The position numbers and the translations under genes are program-made. The notes beneath the pieces were generated by a model. The model worked only from the letters and a program-made list of their open reading frames with translations. It was not told the DNA's origin and ran no database searches. Below are positions 10,975-21,171 of a DNA stretch of 32,982 nucleotides, piece after piece; positions within the stretch are counted from its first letter, which is position 1; each line of letters starts with the position of its first letter. The stretch covers positions 1 through 32,982 of the forward strand of contig JBIQJB010000004.1 of assembly GCA_044507735.1 (NCBI GenBank), given 5' to 3'. This stretch comes from Nitrosopumilales archaeon (GTDB taxonomy: Archaea > Thermoproteota > Nitrososphaeria > Nitrososphaerales > Nitrososphaeraceae).

Positions 10975-12156
10975 TTGGTGCTTGTGGACCTGCCCAGGCA
11001 GGAAGAGCTGCTAAAGACCGGCAATGTACCGCTGTCAATAGTCCTTCCAACATATAACGAATCTCAAAACATAACCAGGATGCTAGACTCCATAGCAGAG
11101 GCACTTCCTGTTGACGCACACGCAGAAATCATCGTCGTGGATGACAATTCTCCTGATGGAACGGGCGACATTGCAAGCCGGCACAAAGTCAGCAACAAGA
11201 AATTGAGCATCCAGGTCATCAAGCGTCCCTGCAAGCTGGGCCTTAGTTCTGCCATACTTGCGGGAGTCCAGTCTGCAGCCGGCCAAATTGTAGTTGTCAT
11301 GGACGGAGATTTTTCGCACCCTCCTCACACAATCCCCAAGATGGTAGAAGAGCTTAAAGACTCAAAATATGACATCGTGGTCGCGTCTAGGTACATAAAA
11401 GGAGGATCCGTGATCGGCTGGCCGTTCAAGCGGAGGCTGATGAGCAAGGGCGCCACCAAGATAGCGCAGGTCGGACTCGGCATACAAGTCAACGATCCCA
11501 TGTCAGGGTTCTTTGCATTCAAGCGGGGTATTATAGAAGGCATCAAGTTTGACGCCATCGGCTACAAGATGCTACTTGAAATCCTCGTTAAGGCGAAAGG
11601 CGCACGCATCAAGGAAGTGCCGTATACATTTACCAACAGGCGCGCTGGTGCGAGCAAGCTAGATTCTTCTGTCATGATCGACTATTTCAGGGCGGTTTGG
11701 CGGTTGTATCGCTACGGCAGAACGGTAACTCAAAATGAAAAGCGCGCATCTGTCAGGTTCCTCTCAAAGGCTGGCAGGTTCTATACTGTCGGAGCAACTG
11801 GACTGCTTGTTAACTATCTCGTCTCGCTTCTGTTCAAGACAGTCATCCCAGACCTCTGGTACATCTATGCAACTATTGTTGGCATAGTATGCTCCATTTC
11901 ATCGAACTTTTTCCTCAACAAGATATGGACTTTTGAGGACAAGGATTTCAACCGCAAAAGGACCGCCATTCAGTACGGTCTGTTCATGGGATTTAGCTCA
12001 CTTGGTGCTCTCGTACAGCTTGGCATGGTATATCTACTCACAGAAAGCTACGAACTGAGCTACGAGCCGGCGCTCATCATGGGTGTGGTCACTGCGGCTG
12101 TTGGTAACTTTTTGCTCAACAAGAAATGGACTTTCAAGGAAAAAATATGGAGTTAG
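10975..12156 (+). CDS. Dolichol/polyprenol-phosphate mannosyltransferase (GT2) fused to a GtrA-like domain
   Basis: LPTYNE, VVDDNSPDGTG, VMDGDFSHPP, VVASRY, DPMSGFF, R..GASK; C-terminal 4-TM GtrA-like part (NFFLNKIWTF, NFLLNKKWTF). GTG 10984 may be the true start, since TTTATA at 10957-10962 lies about 27 nt upstream. Confidence 0.9.
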   Translation: MVLVDLPRQEELLKTGNVPLSIVLPTYNESQNITRMLDSIAEALPVDAHAEIIVVDDNSPDGTGDIASRHKVSNKKLSIQVIKRPCKLGLSSAILAGVQSAAGQIVVVMDGDFSHPPHTIPKMVEELKDSKYDIVVASRYIKGGSVIGWPFKRRLMSKGATKIAQVGLGIQVNDPMSGFFAFKRGIIEGIKFDAIGYKMLLEILVKAKGARIKEVPYTFTNRRAGASKLDSSVMIDYFRAVWRLYRYGRTVTQNEKRASVRFLSKAGRFYTVGATGLLVNYLVSLLFKTVIPDLWYIYATIVGIVCSISSNFFLNKIWTFEDKDFNRKRTAIQYGLFMGFSSLGALVQLGMVYLLTESYELSYEPALIMGVVTAAVGNFLLNKKWTFKEKIWS

Positions 12157-12609
12157 AGTAACTATTGACAGAATACTGCCAGGATTATAACGAATTGTAA
12201 TCAAAATACTTAATAATTTATCTCCCTATTGACAAACAACCGAAAAACATCCGCTAAATGGGCAGAGACCCTCCGTATCAAAAAGTGGGTATTTGATGTC
12301 CCCTGCGATAGGAGGACGACTCTACCCATTCGTAATTATCTTTCGATTTTGTTGCACAGCGAGATGCAGTGAGACTAGGGGGAATAATACATGCAACATT
12401 GATAATGATCAATGACATCTCTTCAAGCATCTTCTCTTGCACGTGAAGGTTGCAATCCACCCGGTAATAGATAACACGGTAATCAGCTAAACTATTGGAA
12501 CCTATAGGATCGCCTTCATTGGAGTTGCGTCTGCAAATACCTTCATTTCGCAAGCAGACCGCAGATAGAACTGAACTATTTGAATATGTATTAAAAAAGT
12601 TTGACCGGA

Positions 12610-14016
12610 TCAGAAGAAGCGCCTTTTCAACACAAAAGATGCAGCAATGCTTCCTACTATGGATAGCATCATTATCAATGGAATAACAGCGAATTCTGGG
12701 ACGACTCTTGAGCCGGCAATTTCTACCGATTCAGAGCCTTCGGACACATCGAATCTGATGGTAGTTGAATTAGTGTTTTCCATTTTATCGAATGGAACTT
12801 CTACATTTCCAGTCTTAACCGAGTATACTCCATCGATTACTATTTTCGGTAGCTCCAATTCCAACTCTCCGCTTCCAACTACAACTAGCAAAATATTGGA
12901 TTCGTTGGGATTTATCGAAAAAGATTGAACTTTCACAGATGTAGAATTGCCAGCTATTGTATACAATTTACCACCTAGTTCGGACGCAACGCTAAAGCGT
13001 TCTGGCGAGTCATAAAACATTTGCATATTTGCGAGATCTTGGCCAGAGATGTAGACAGCACCTGTAACAGGGTTGGAAATTATTGATTCAGGATGACCTT
13101 CAACCTGTATAGTCTCTGTTACTTTGTTTGTATTTCCATCAATTATAGAAATTTCCTGCGAGGCGAACTCTGCCACATAGATTCTGTTCAAAGTTGGATT
13201 CAGAGTGATCGCAGACGGATTAAGTCCCACTGTAACGTTAGCTAGAAGTTGGTTCGTAGAGCTATCAATAACGGACACAAAGCCTGCAGGGTATTGTTCC
13301 TCGGCTAATCCTAAGTTGAGTACATAAACTTTGCCCGTGTCTCGGTTGATCAACATTGCAGTTGGTGAATTCCCTGCAGACAAAATGTTTTGTCTTTTGA
13401 TTGCAGAATCGAAAACAGCTATTTGATTTGTGTTATTATAGTTCAGTACGTAAAGCCGTTTTCCACTCTGGTCAAAAATAATGGGACCTGTTGATTTTTC
13501 AATGGTAACGGTTTTTGTTAATTTATCGGTGTCCCCATTTATCAGAAATATTGATGTGTCATTTGAATTGCTAAAGGAATGAGCCTGTTTTGCAAAGATT
13601 AGATTGGAGTCTTGATCAATTGCAAGCTGTACTTCATCTTTTGTCTGCAGTACTGAACCGATAACCTTGTTTGCTGAACCATCAATGACAGAAACCTGGA
13701 GGCCGTCATTGATATGGTGTGCCACATAGATCTTGTCAGTTACCGGGTTTACTTCCAGATCGTAGGGATGAACCGGGACGTCTATGCGTGCCTGTATCTT
13801 GTTTGTACTTCCATCTAGCGCTATCACTTGGCTTGAATCATAGAGAGCCACATATACAATATTTTTCTGCTCATTTACTGCAAAGACGGCAGGCTCCGCG
13901 TCAACGGCAAGGCCCATAAGTGACGTTTGTGCACTAGCGGGGATTATTCCCAACAGTGCAACGAGGAATACGCCTGCCGCCATGCATAGCTTCAAGTACC
14001 GATTTGGGTATGTCAT
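12610..14016 (-). CDS. Surface YVTN/YncE-type beta-propeller protein with PEFG-CTERM-like sorting signal
   Basis: Signal peptide; repeats VNPVTDKIYVA, VSVIDGSANKVI, NPTLNRIYVA, ISIIDGNTNKV; C-terminal VVPEF + TM + KRRFF. Confidence 0.85.
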   Translation of the reverse strand: MTYPNRYLKLCMAAGVFLVALLGIIPASAQTSLMGLAVDAEPAVFAVNEQKNIVYVALYDSSQVIALDGSTNKIQARIDVPVHPYDLEVNPVTDKIYVAHHINDGLQVSVIDGSANKVIGSVLQTKDEVQLAIDQDSNLIFAKQAHSFSNSNDTSIFLINGDTDKLTKTVTIEKSTGPIIFDQSGKRLYVLNYNNTNQIAVFDSAIKRQNILSAGNSPTAMLINRDTGKVYVLNLGLAEEQYPAGFVSVIDSSTNQLLANVTVGLNPSAITLNPTLNRIYVAEFASQEISIIDGNTNKVTETIQVEGHPESIISNPVTGAVYISGQDLANMQMFYDSPERFSVASELGGKLYTIAGNSTSVKVQSFSINPNESNILLVVVGSGELELELPKIVIDGVYSVKTGNVEVPFDKMENTNSTTIRFDVSEGSESVEIAGSRVVPEFAVIPLIMMLSIVGSIAASFVLKRRFF

Positions 14017-14035
14017 GGGTGTTCTTTGCCTTTTA

Positions 14036-17000
14036 CTATATTTCGTATGCTGCTATTACATTGTCCAACTCTTTAAGGAGCTGTTTTTGCAGAGATGCGT
14101 CTATTATCAGGTCGTCTTCCTTGCTATTTCCAACCGAGCCGTCAGCCTTGGATCTTATTTCTTTTAGTATCTGCACCATGTTCTTCACATCGTCTGTCTT
14201 TGCATGCATTACTGCACCGTTCGCTTCAGACAACAGCATATTGTCCAAGATGTTCTTAGATCCATTGGATTTGAATGCACTATCAGGCATGGAATCAATC
14301 AATGCCGCAATGCTATTGATGTTCGCAAGCCTTATCTCTCTGACATTTTCGATTGTAAGTTCGTCAAGTCCTGTGATATTTCCGGCACCATCCACATAGA
14401 ACTCAACGCTTGTTGTGCGTGCGAGTCTTATATTAGCCCAGTCGTTGTATCCGGTCAGGGTTTGCCCTGCTGACGTACCGCAACTGTTGCCGCTGATTCC
14501 TATATTGCTGACATCGGCGGCTACGCCCGTATCAACGAGATCGCCATCGCGGTTCCAATCGAACGCTTGACCGGTGACCCTTGTCAGCCGCGGGGTTGGA
14601 CCATATACAGTTGTCAGGCCTGAAGGAGTGCTTGTGTTTATGCCTGTAGGCTCGCTGAGGCTGGCCTCGTTCAACGTGTTCAGAGTCGATCTCGAATAGT
14701 CAAGGGGCCTACTTGCCACATAGTCATTGAATTGGAATGCGTAGGTCATGACGCTAAGATAGTTTGGCTTGCAGTTTATGTCATCCGAACCTCCGTGCCT
14801 GAGGTTAATATTGTGGCCAAGTTCATGCATCAGTGTTCCTGCCTGTTCGTCATTGTCGCCGACGTTGTGACCTCCTACCGATGTGAAGCTTCCCAATGAG
14901 ACTATGAAGTCGTTTCCGGGCAATTCCGCTATTCCAGAAGAAGTGCCACCATTGTAATTGTGTGCCCATAAATTATAATGGTAGACCATCCTCTTCGCCG
15001 CTATCGTATTAGCATTTGCTCTCTCTGTGGCCGTGCCAAAATTGGCGTTCTTTATTGTATTAAAGTCAGTGTCCCAGACTATGTTATTCTGGTGTGTTAT
15101 CTGTTCATCAATGTCTAAATGCAGTGTTATGCCATTTACTCCGTTGGGGTTCGTGACTGGAGCATTGTTGAATGCATTGATTACATTAGTTTCAGCCGTT
15201 GCAGTTGGGTGATGGAATTCCATGTAGTCGATTTCGATATAGAGATCCTTGTGTTGCGAATTTGCCCCAGCTAGTGTAAGGTCGTTGGTGCCATCGAGGT
15301 TACCATCTATACCACTTGTTTCCCAAAGATCGTAGATCCCGTCATCGTCAACGTCGATGTTCGTCCGCTCATATCTCAAATTATACGGAGTCGTACTTCC
15401 CTCGTGCCATAATGCTCCGGCCTGACCTATTCCACTGGTCAGCCCGTTGGGAGAAGTGAAGGTCGTGCCAAATGGGTTGGCGGGAGCGGCCCAAGAGCCA
15501 TTGTGGTCACTTTTCTGCGTGACATAGACACGACCGCCGCTTAGAGTGTATATACGAATAGTGCCGTCGGGAGTTACTGTGATGGAAGGCAATGCGTGTG
15601 AGAGAGTGCTATCAGCTGTTTCAAATGCAGAGAAGGTGCCCGTATTTGCAAACCTTGCGACTCTTAATGTCCCCGATGTTCCGCCATTCAAGAATGCAAC
15701 AAACGCCTTCCCTGTATAGTCGCTATCCGAAGAGATCTGCTTGACGGTGTTTGCGCTCATCCCAGTTGAAGTCTGTGACTGGACCGAACCCCAAGTTGAA
15801 GTGCTCTGAGTATATACCCTGTAGAAGAGGCTGGCAGAGTCATACCGCGCATAGGCAAGAAGCATGTTCCCGGAGGCCAGATCTGTCAAGGTCATTTCTA
15901 CTCTTGTACCAGCTCCAGAACTGACTTCTGCAAGTGATGTTGTCCAAGTTGAACCGCCATTGGTTGAAGTTAGGATCCTGTATGCATAGGTGGAAGAACC
16001 GGAGGGAAGATATCGGAAGGCGACATGGATTCTGCCATTCAGGACGTTGGAATCGGCAGCTGCTGTAGCTGCTGCGCATACTCCACTGCTACAGGCAGCA
16101 TTATTTGCTATAGTGAACAATGTGGTGGCAGACCCCCATGTAATAGTGGTTCCACTCACGGTTCCGCGCATTGAGCGGAAGTCTGTATTTGTCCCACTCT
16201 GCTGGAAATAAAATAGTATGATGTAATCTGTCGTTGGTCCTTGGGAGCTCGTTGCATAGGAGATATTAGCAATGGTCCACCTGTTATTGTCGCTGTTTAT
16301 AGTACCAGTCGCTGGCTGGTTTCCTCCTGTTGTCCAAGACGTGCCTCCATTTGTTGAATATCTCCATCGGATATTTGAGCCATCATAGTAAAATGCAAAG
16401 ATGTTGGAGTTGATTTCTACGACTCTTCGCTCGCCTTCATAATAATCAGTAGAGAAGGGTGAAATTGCTGCTGAAACAGTCGTTACTGTGGTAGGATCAA
16501 TATCGAACGACTTATCAACATCAATCCTTATCATTTTCGATTCGGAATCAAAGCTTACATTGTATCCGGCTGAAACAGCATCAGACCAGTCGAGACCCAC
16601 GCCCTCTCTTTGGTCTTCCAAAACTTGTGAATTAGAAATAGTTGAATTTGACTGGAGGGTGCGGTCATATACATTGTTCTTCAGTGCGGTAAAGCCATTG
16701 CCTTTAGCTTCAATGTCCTGCGAGCTCGCGACAGCCAAGATTATGGTTGACGGCTTTTTGCTCTCGCCTACGACAGCAAACTTGTATTTGTCCACTGTGC
16801 CCTTTTCGTTCTGCACAGGCGTCCAGTTTATATCATACTGCAGATCCCGGCTTGAAAACACGCTGTATCACATCTTCACCATTTTGGAGCAATGTGATCT
16901 TGCCCTGATTTTTCTGGTATGCTAAGTGTAAAGCTATTTCCTCTATCATCAGAAATGATCGTGCTGCCATCAGGGTTCCAAGTTATTGTTTGTTTTAATT

Positions 17001-17199
17001 CAGAAACTACTTCATCCTCAAATAGCAAAACAGGAAAAGAGAATGACTTGGTAATGCTTTCGTTCGAGACTGTTGGCGTGTTGCCAGCTTGGGCGTAAAT
17101 TATTGGCAATAAGGAGCTTGCGACTAGATCAGGTGCTGCGACCATGGACACGACTATAGCCAGTACAGGCAGTGCGAGAAACATCAGCCGAAAATTCAT
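14036..17199 (-). pseudogene. Large secreted Asp-box propeller + metzincin-like metalloprotease protein, split by two frameshifts (ORFs 16876..17199 and 14036..16861)
   Basis: The signal peptide is only in the upstream ORF. The main ORF has YSTNGGTSW/TSTNGGSTW Asp-box-like motifs, DVDDDGIYDLWE Ca-type motif, HELGHNINLRH and Met-turn SVMTY. A third frame (NQGKITLLQNGEDVIQRVF) bridges the two ORFs. This may be an assembly error rather than real decay. Confidence 0.7.
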
Positions 17200-17218
17200 A
17201 GTTTATGGAAACAATATC

Positions 17219-17230
17219 AGTTATATAACT
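17219..17230 (-). promoter_or_regulatory. TATA box (palindromic AGTTATATAACT) for the surface-protein gene starting at 17199
   Basis: TTATATAA lies about 22-29 nt upstream of the ATG, typical archaeal leaderless spacing. Confidence 0.5.
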
Positions 17231-17410
17231 ATTATCTGGTATAGTTTCATATAAGTAGCTACTGTTAAGCATTAATATCCAAATTCACTATTTTTATATT
17301 ATTACCTAAAGAAGATTATAAGCGCTACAAAACCGGGTGCTGGTAACTTATCCTAAGATAGACGAACAGTGGAGTGATCCGTTGCCCGACGAATAGTTAA
17401 CAGCACCCTA

Positions 17411-17713
17411 TCAAGAACTAAGCTCTTGACTACGATTCCGCCTAAACTGGTTGACGCCTATCACAGCGGCCCCGCCCACTGCGAAGATCAGCATTCCAAT
17501 GGCAAAGGTCTCATTCATTATGGGATCAAGATAGGGCGGTCTAGCTCCGAATTCTCTACATTGCGACTCTCCAATTACCATGTCCACACACTGTGTTATG
17601 CGGGGATATGCCATGCCTGCAAGGACAACTAGCAGAAATAGGGACACTCCCGAGACAAGCATCGCTAGTCCTGCAATGCTGATTATGTGACTATGCGGAA
17701 CGCTAGTCTGCAA
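17411..17713 (-). CDS. Hypothetical 2-TM membrane protein
   Basis: Two hydrophobic segments flanking a loop with two Cys, followed by a basic tail. Confidence 0.55.
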   Translation of the reverse strand: MQTSVPHSHIISIAGLAMLVSGVSLFLLVVLAGMAYPRITQCVDMVIGESQCREFGARPPYLDPIMNETFAIGMLIFAVGGAAVIGVNQFRRNRSQELSS

Positions 17714-17779
17714 TTACGGTGAATAATACCTCATGCATATTTATGCAAATATCCAAATGGGATTGCATGACTCTAACTT

Positions 17780-19135
17780 CTAGATGTGAACAACTTTGAG
17801 TGTGGTGCTCAGATCAAGGGTATCAAACTTGACATGGATTGATTTTGCTATCTGCGCCTTGACATGCTCCGGAATTCCGCCATAGCATTTGTTCAGTACT
17901 TCAGTGTTTTCCCATCCGCCTAGACTAGCTACATAAGAAAGCGACCAGTTAGTAGCAGCTAGATAGTACTGAGCCATTGTATGCCTGAATAGATGTAAAG
18001 GATGACCATAAAAGTACACTCCATCCCCTAGTGCATATATTCTGGTCTTTTCGTTTAGCCAGCTGCTCTTATCAAGCTCTGAGAATATCTTCTTGAATCT
18101 GATAGCCATCTTTGACATGAAATAGGAAGCTTGCAGAGCATTTGCCTTGTCACTTTTGGCATCTTCAAAGAACAGAAACCTTCTGTCCTTTGGCAGCTTG
18201 TCGTAAGCAGTTTCAACAACAGCTCTGCATTCCTCTGTCGGATACTTGACCCACCATTTACCCTCTTTAGTCAGATACCAATCTCCTCTTTTTGTTTTGG
18301 ATTCAAATTGTTCTACTCTGAACAATGGAGAAAAAGCTATCCTGTCTCGGCTCATGGATGCCATTGCAAATGCTCTAGCCCCTGTATGCAGGTCAATGTT
18401 CATAAAAGACCAAGCTTCCCAGTCTTTTTTACTCATAAGCAGCTTGTTTACTTTGTCAATCTGCTCTGGCGTTAACAGAATATCTTTGTACTCTCCTAGC
18501 CTCTCAGATGTAGTAGACAATCCATACCTCTTGCCCTCACCATGTGCAAAATTGATGTTGTGAGCTGCCAAAAAGCTGCGGTAAGCGTTAATCGTGTTTG
18601 TCTTTTGCATCTGCGGGTACGCAGTATTGAACCAAGCCAGAAAGTTCTGCCAGTATTCAATCGCTATCTCTTTGCGCTTTGTAGTATCAATGGGTATGCC
18701 ATAGCTAACTAGTGTCTCTGGCATCACCTTTAGCTGATTCGATATCCCATGTATGACATTTACAAGATGATTGATTCTGTTAGCCGGTATTGCGCCTGAC
18801 TTTAGAAATGTTATCCATTTCTGAATAGATGGCAGCTGGTTGAACGGTTCATTGTCTAGCTTCTGGTATTGCTGCGCTACTTGCTTTTGAAGTGAGATGA
18901 CTATATTGCCATTAACATCGCGCTTTATTCCCCATTTACCTTCATTTTCCATCTCAGCCAGATACCGCGATATCGTGCTATGGTCTTTGCCAATGTCAAT
19001 GCCTATTTCTCTTGTTGTATAGTTGCCGTTTTGGATGCTGATTGCAATAGCTTCTTTGATCTTCCCCCTGTCTTTGACTCTTAATCCTTTAACCCTTAGC
19101 CGGCTCTTTCTTGTCTGTACAATTGCCTGAACCAT
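17780..19135 (-). CDS. Tyrosine recombinase/integrase with N-terminal winged HTH
   Basis: Catalytic set: HTGAR (R), ESKTK (K), HLFRH (HxxR), LGGW (W), KCYG (Y). N-terminus YTTREIGIDIGKDHSTISRYLAEME is HTH-like. Confidence 0.88.
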   Translation of the reverse strand: MVQAIVQTRKSRLRVKGLRVKDRGKIKEAIAISIQNGNYTTREIGIDIGKDHSTISRYLAEMENEGKWGIKRDVNGNIVISLQKQVAQQYQKLDNEPFNQLPSIQKWITFLKSGAIPANRINHLVNVIHGISNQLKVMPETLVSYGIPIDTTKRKEIAIEYWQNFLAWFNTAYPQMQKTNTINAYRSFLAAHNINFAHGEGKRYGLSTTSERLGEYKDILLTPEQIDKVNKLLMSKKDWEAWSFMNIDLHTGARAFAMASMSRDRIAFSPLFRVEQFESKTKRGDWYLTKEGKWWVKYPTEECRAVVETAYDKLPKDRRFLFFEDAKSDKANALQASYFMSKMAIRFKKIFSELDKSSWLNEKTRIYALGDGVYFYGHPLHLFRHTMAQYYLAATNWSLSYVASLGGWENTEVLNKCYGGIPEHVKAQIAKSIHVKFDTLDLSTTLKVVHI

Positions 19136-19708
19136 TAGCCAGATAACCTCTTTTGATCAACTGCAATAACGCCTAGAACTGACAGAAGCAGTGACGTGGT
19201 AGGGGGATAGATATACCAGATAACAGATAATAAAGTCGGAAAAATCGTTAGTAATGCTTGATGAGCTCTGAAGTAAAAGTTTAGCAGCAGTATATTTTCA
19301 GTGCTATTCTGAAGCTTCGCGCCTATGCAACAAGTTATGCAACGCTTTTGGTGCATTAGACGCTTGATGGAAGCGATATTCTCAAATAATTAATTGATAT
19401 GCACTTGCCTCTCAGAGTTGAGCTATATGACTCTTTGATTCAAATCGACAAGCACGCCAAAGGCACGGGATGTCTTTGCGACACCTGGGAGCATACTAGC
19501 ATTGGCAGCGACTTGGACATCCAATGAAAAGGACCTGGAAGCACATGCATACTGTCTGAAGCCAGATGAAACTAGATGATTGCCAAAGCTGCTTCTCGAA
19601 AGGTGGCGTGATCAATCGCCAGAAAACTACCAGAATGCCACGAATGGAGCAAGGTTTCTAGAGGCCCACTTCAGCATGTAGGACAGTTTACTGCACCCAC
19701 AAAAGGGC

Positions 19709-20779
19709 CTAGCTTGCGCGCCTCTTGCGCGGCTCCATGAGTCCCATCAGCTGGTAGCCATATTCCAAGTTATGCTTAACGTGGTTTATCCCGTGTGTTC
19801 CATGCGGAACAAACTTGCCGTCAAGCACGTTTTCGATGTATATTTTGGCCTTCCGGATAGAGTTGATGGCGTGCTGTAGCTGGTTATCAGTCAGCTTGCG
19901 CCCAAGGTCTCTTTCAACCTCTTTCTTGAACGCTGCTGGGCTTGATAGCTTGCTGTATTTTTGCAGGCGTTTGTAATTGACCGATAGGTCGGTTATCTTT
20001 TTGATGTCTGCGGCCTGCAGGCTCGCAAGCGAGCGCTCTAGGTCTTTCCGCGGTCTGTTCGTGATATTCATCAGGTTTTCCACCAGCTCGTCACTGTAAG
20101 AAACAGGCGCATCGGTATGTACTAACTTGCCACTCTTACTGTCCGATAGAACTGCCGCATATGACGCTGACGGGTCTTCATTTATCGCTGTTGTTTTCCT
20201 CTCCTGGAAGTATCGTTCCAAGCTATAGATTCCGACGGGTTCTCCCCGCGTATCCACACCTTTGTCAAGGGCGGAAATGGTATCGACTATTATGCGCGGA
20301 TAATGCAATTTGGTAGTCTCGTCTGCCTTTGGGTAGTTTTGCATGATATCCTCGTATATGTGAAAAGTTGTGTCGTTGACAGTCTTTGTGCCTGCTCTCT
20401 TCGAGTCAACGCCCTTGGCAGCCACGGTCAAAAAGTCACACATTTCAGACTGTGACAATATCCTGCCAGTGACGGCGGTTGCATCGGCTATTGCCTTTGC
20501 GGCGGTAATCCACTTGCCATAAGTATTGATGGTGTTAAGTGGGACGCTTCCAATGAACTCGACAGCTTTTTTGCGAGTGGACGGATCTTCGATCTTTAGC
20601 GTGTCAAGACATCCAGTCAGTACACTGCCGAGTGAAACAGAATCACTAGTGCGTTCAGATTCCGGGACAGAAGGGGAGGGAGGAGAATGCTGCCTGTTAT
20701 GACTGGCAGAACTGTGAGAAACCATTGCTATTACTAGTAGGCTAAGCTCATGCCTTAAAGCTTTCGCAGGCACCTTCAT
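19709..20779 (-). CDS. Hypothetical protein
   Basis: Long ORF with natural composition, Ser/Pro-rich N-terminus and C-terminal HGTHGINHVKH cluster. Start uncertain. Confidence 0.6.
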   Translation of the reverse strand: MKVPAKALRHELSLLVIAMVSHSSASHNRQHSPPSPSVPESERTSDSVSLGSVLTGCLDTLKIEDPSTRKKAVEFIGSVPLNTINTYGKWITAAKAIADATAVTGRILSQSEMCDFLTVAAKGVDSKRAGTKTVNDTTFHIYEDIMQNYPKADETTKLHYPRIIVDTISALDKGVDTRGEPVGIYSLERYFQERKTTAINEDPSASYAAVLSDSKSGKLVHTDAPVSYSDELVENLMNITNRPRKDLERSLASLQAADIKKITDLSVNYKRLQKYSKLSSPAAFKKEVERDLGRKLTDNQLQHAINSIRKAKIYIENVLDGKFVPHGTHGINHVKHNLEYGYQLMGLMEPRKRRAS

Positions 20780-20838
20780 ATATCGACACTAGTCGGATGG
20801 CAATCCTTTTTACGCCACCGCTTTGACTATAAGTCTCA

Positions 20839-21171
20839 ATGTCGGATACCCTTGAAGAAATTTTTTCAATGCAAAGGGAATTTGCTTCCATGATGGATCT
20901 CGCACGCTATCCCCAGTCAAAGGAAGACAGGATATCTGTGTTATCCACCGCCATAGTCCACGAGGCAGTCGAGTTACAACGGCTTACCAGCTGGAAGTGG
21001 TGGAAAAAGCCCACACCATTTGACAGCGCTGCCGCAAAAGAGGAGCTTATAGATATATGGCATTTTGTCGTTCAGGCATCGATTGAGCTGGGCATGGGGC
21101 CTGAAGATATACTGCAGGAGTACAAAAAGAAAAACAAGGTCAACCGAGACAGGCAGACCTCAGGCTACTGA
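20839..21171 (+). CDS. All-alpha (dimeric) dUTPase-like NTP pyrophosphatase
   Basis: HEAVEL, WKWWK, EELIDIWHF, YKKKNKVNRDRQ..GY. Confidence 0.85.
   Translation: MSDTLEEIFSMQREFASMMDLARYPQSKEDRISVLSTAIVHEAVELQRLTSWKWWKKPTPFDSAAAKEELIDIWHFVVQASIELGMGPEDILQEYKKKNKVNRDRQTSGY

Larger units (their letters stand above)
12160..19430. mobile_element. Putative integrase-associated genomic island (boundaries approximate)
   Basis: An integrase plus co-oriented accessory surface genes, with long AT-rich intergenic ends, lies between housekeeping blocks. No att direct repeat or tRNA was found by eye. Confidence 0.5.

Noticed and set aside
19324-19343. Integron attI/attC or dif site (GTTATGC present)
   Set aside because: The arms are direct rather than inverted, there is no attC-like hairpin after the cargo genes, and the integrase does not look like IntI or XerA.
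19135-19356. 73-aa ORF upstream of the integrase
   Set aside because: No motif; it overlaps the probable promoter and binding-site region.
12157-19700. att direct repeats or a tRNA target for the island
   Set aside because: No duplication of the GT2 gene 3' end, no long direct repeat and no cloverleaf or T-loop motif seen by eye.
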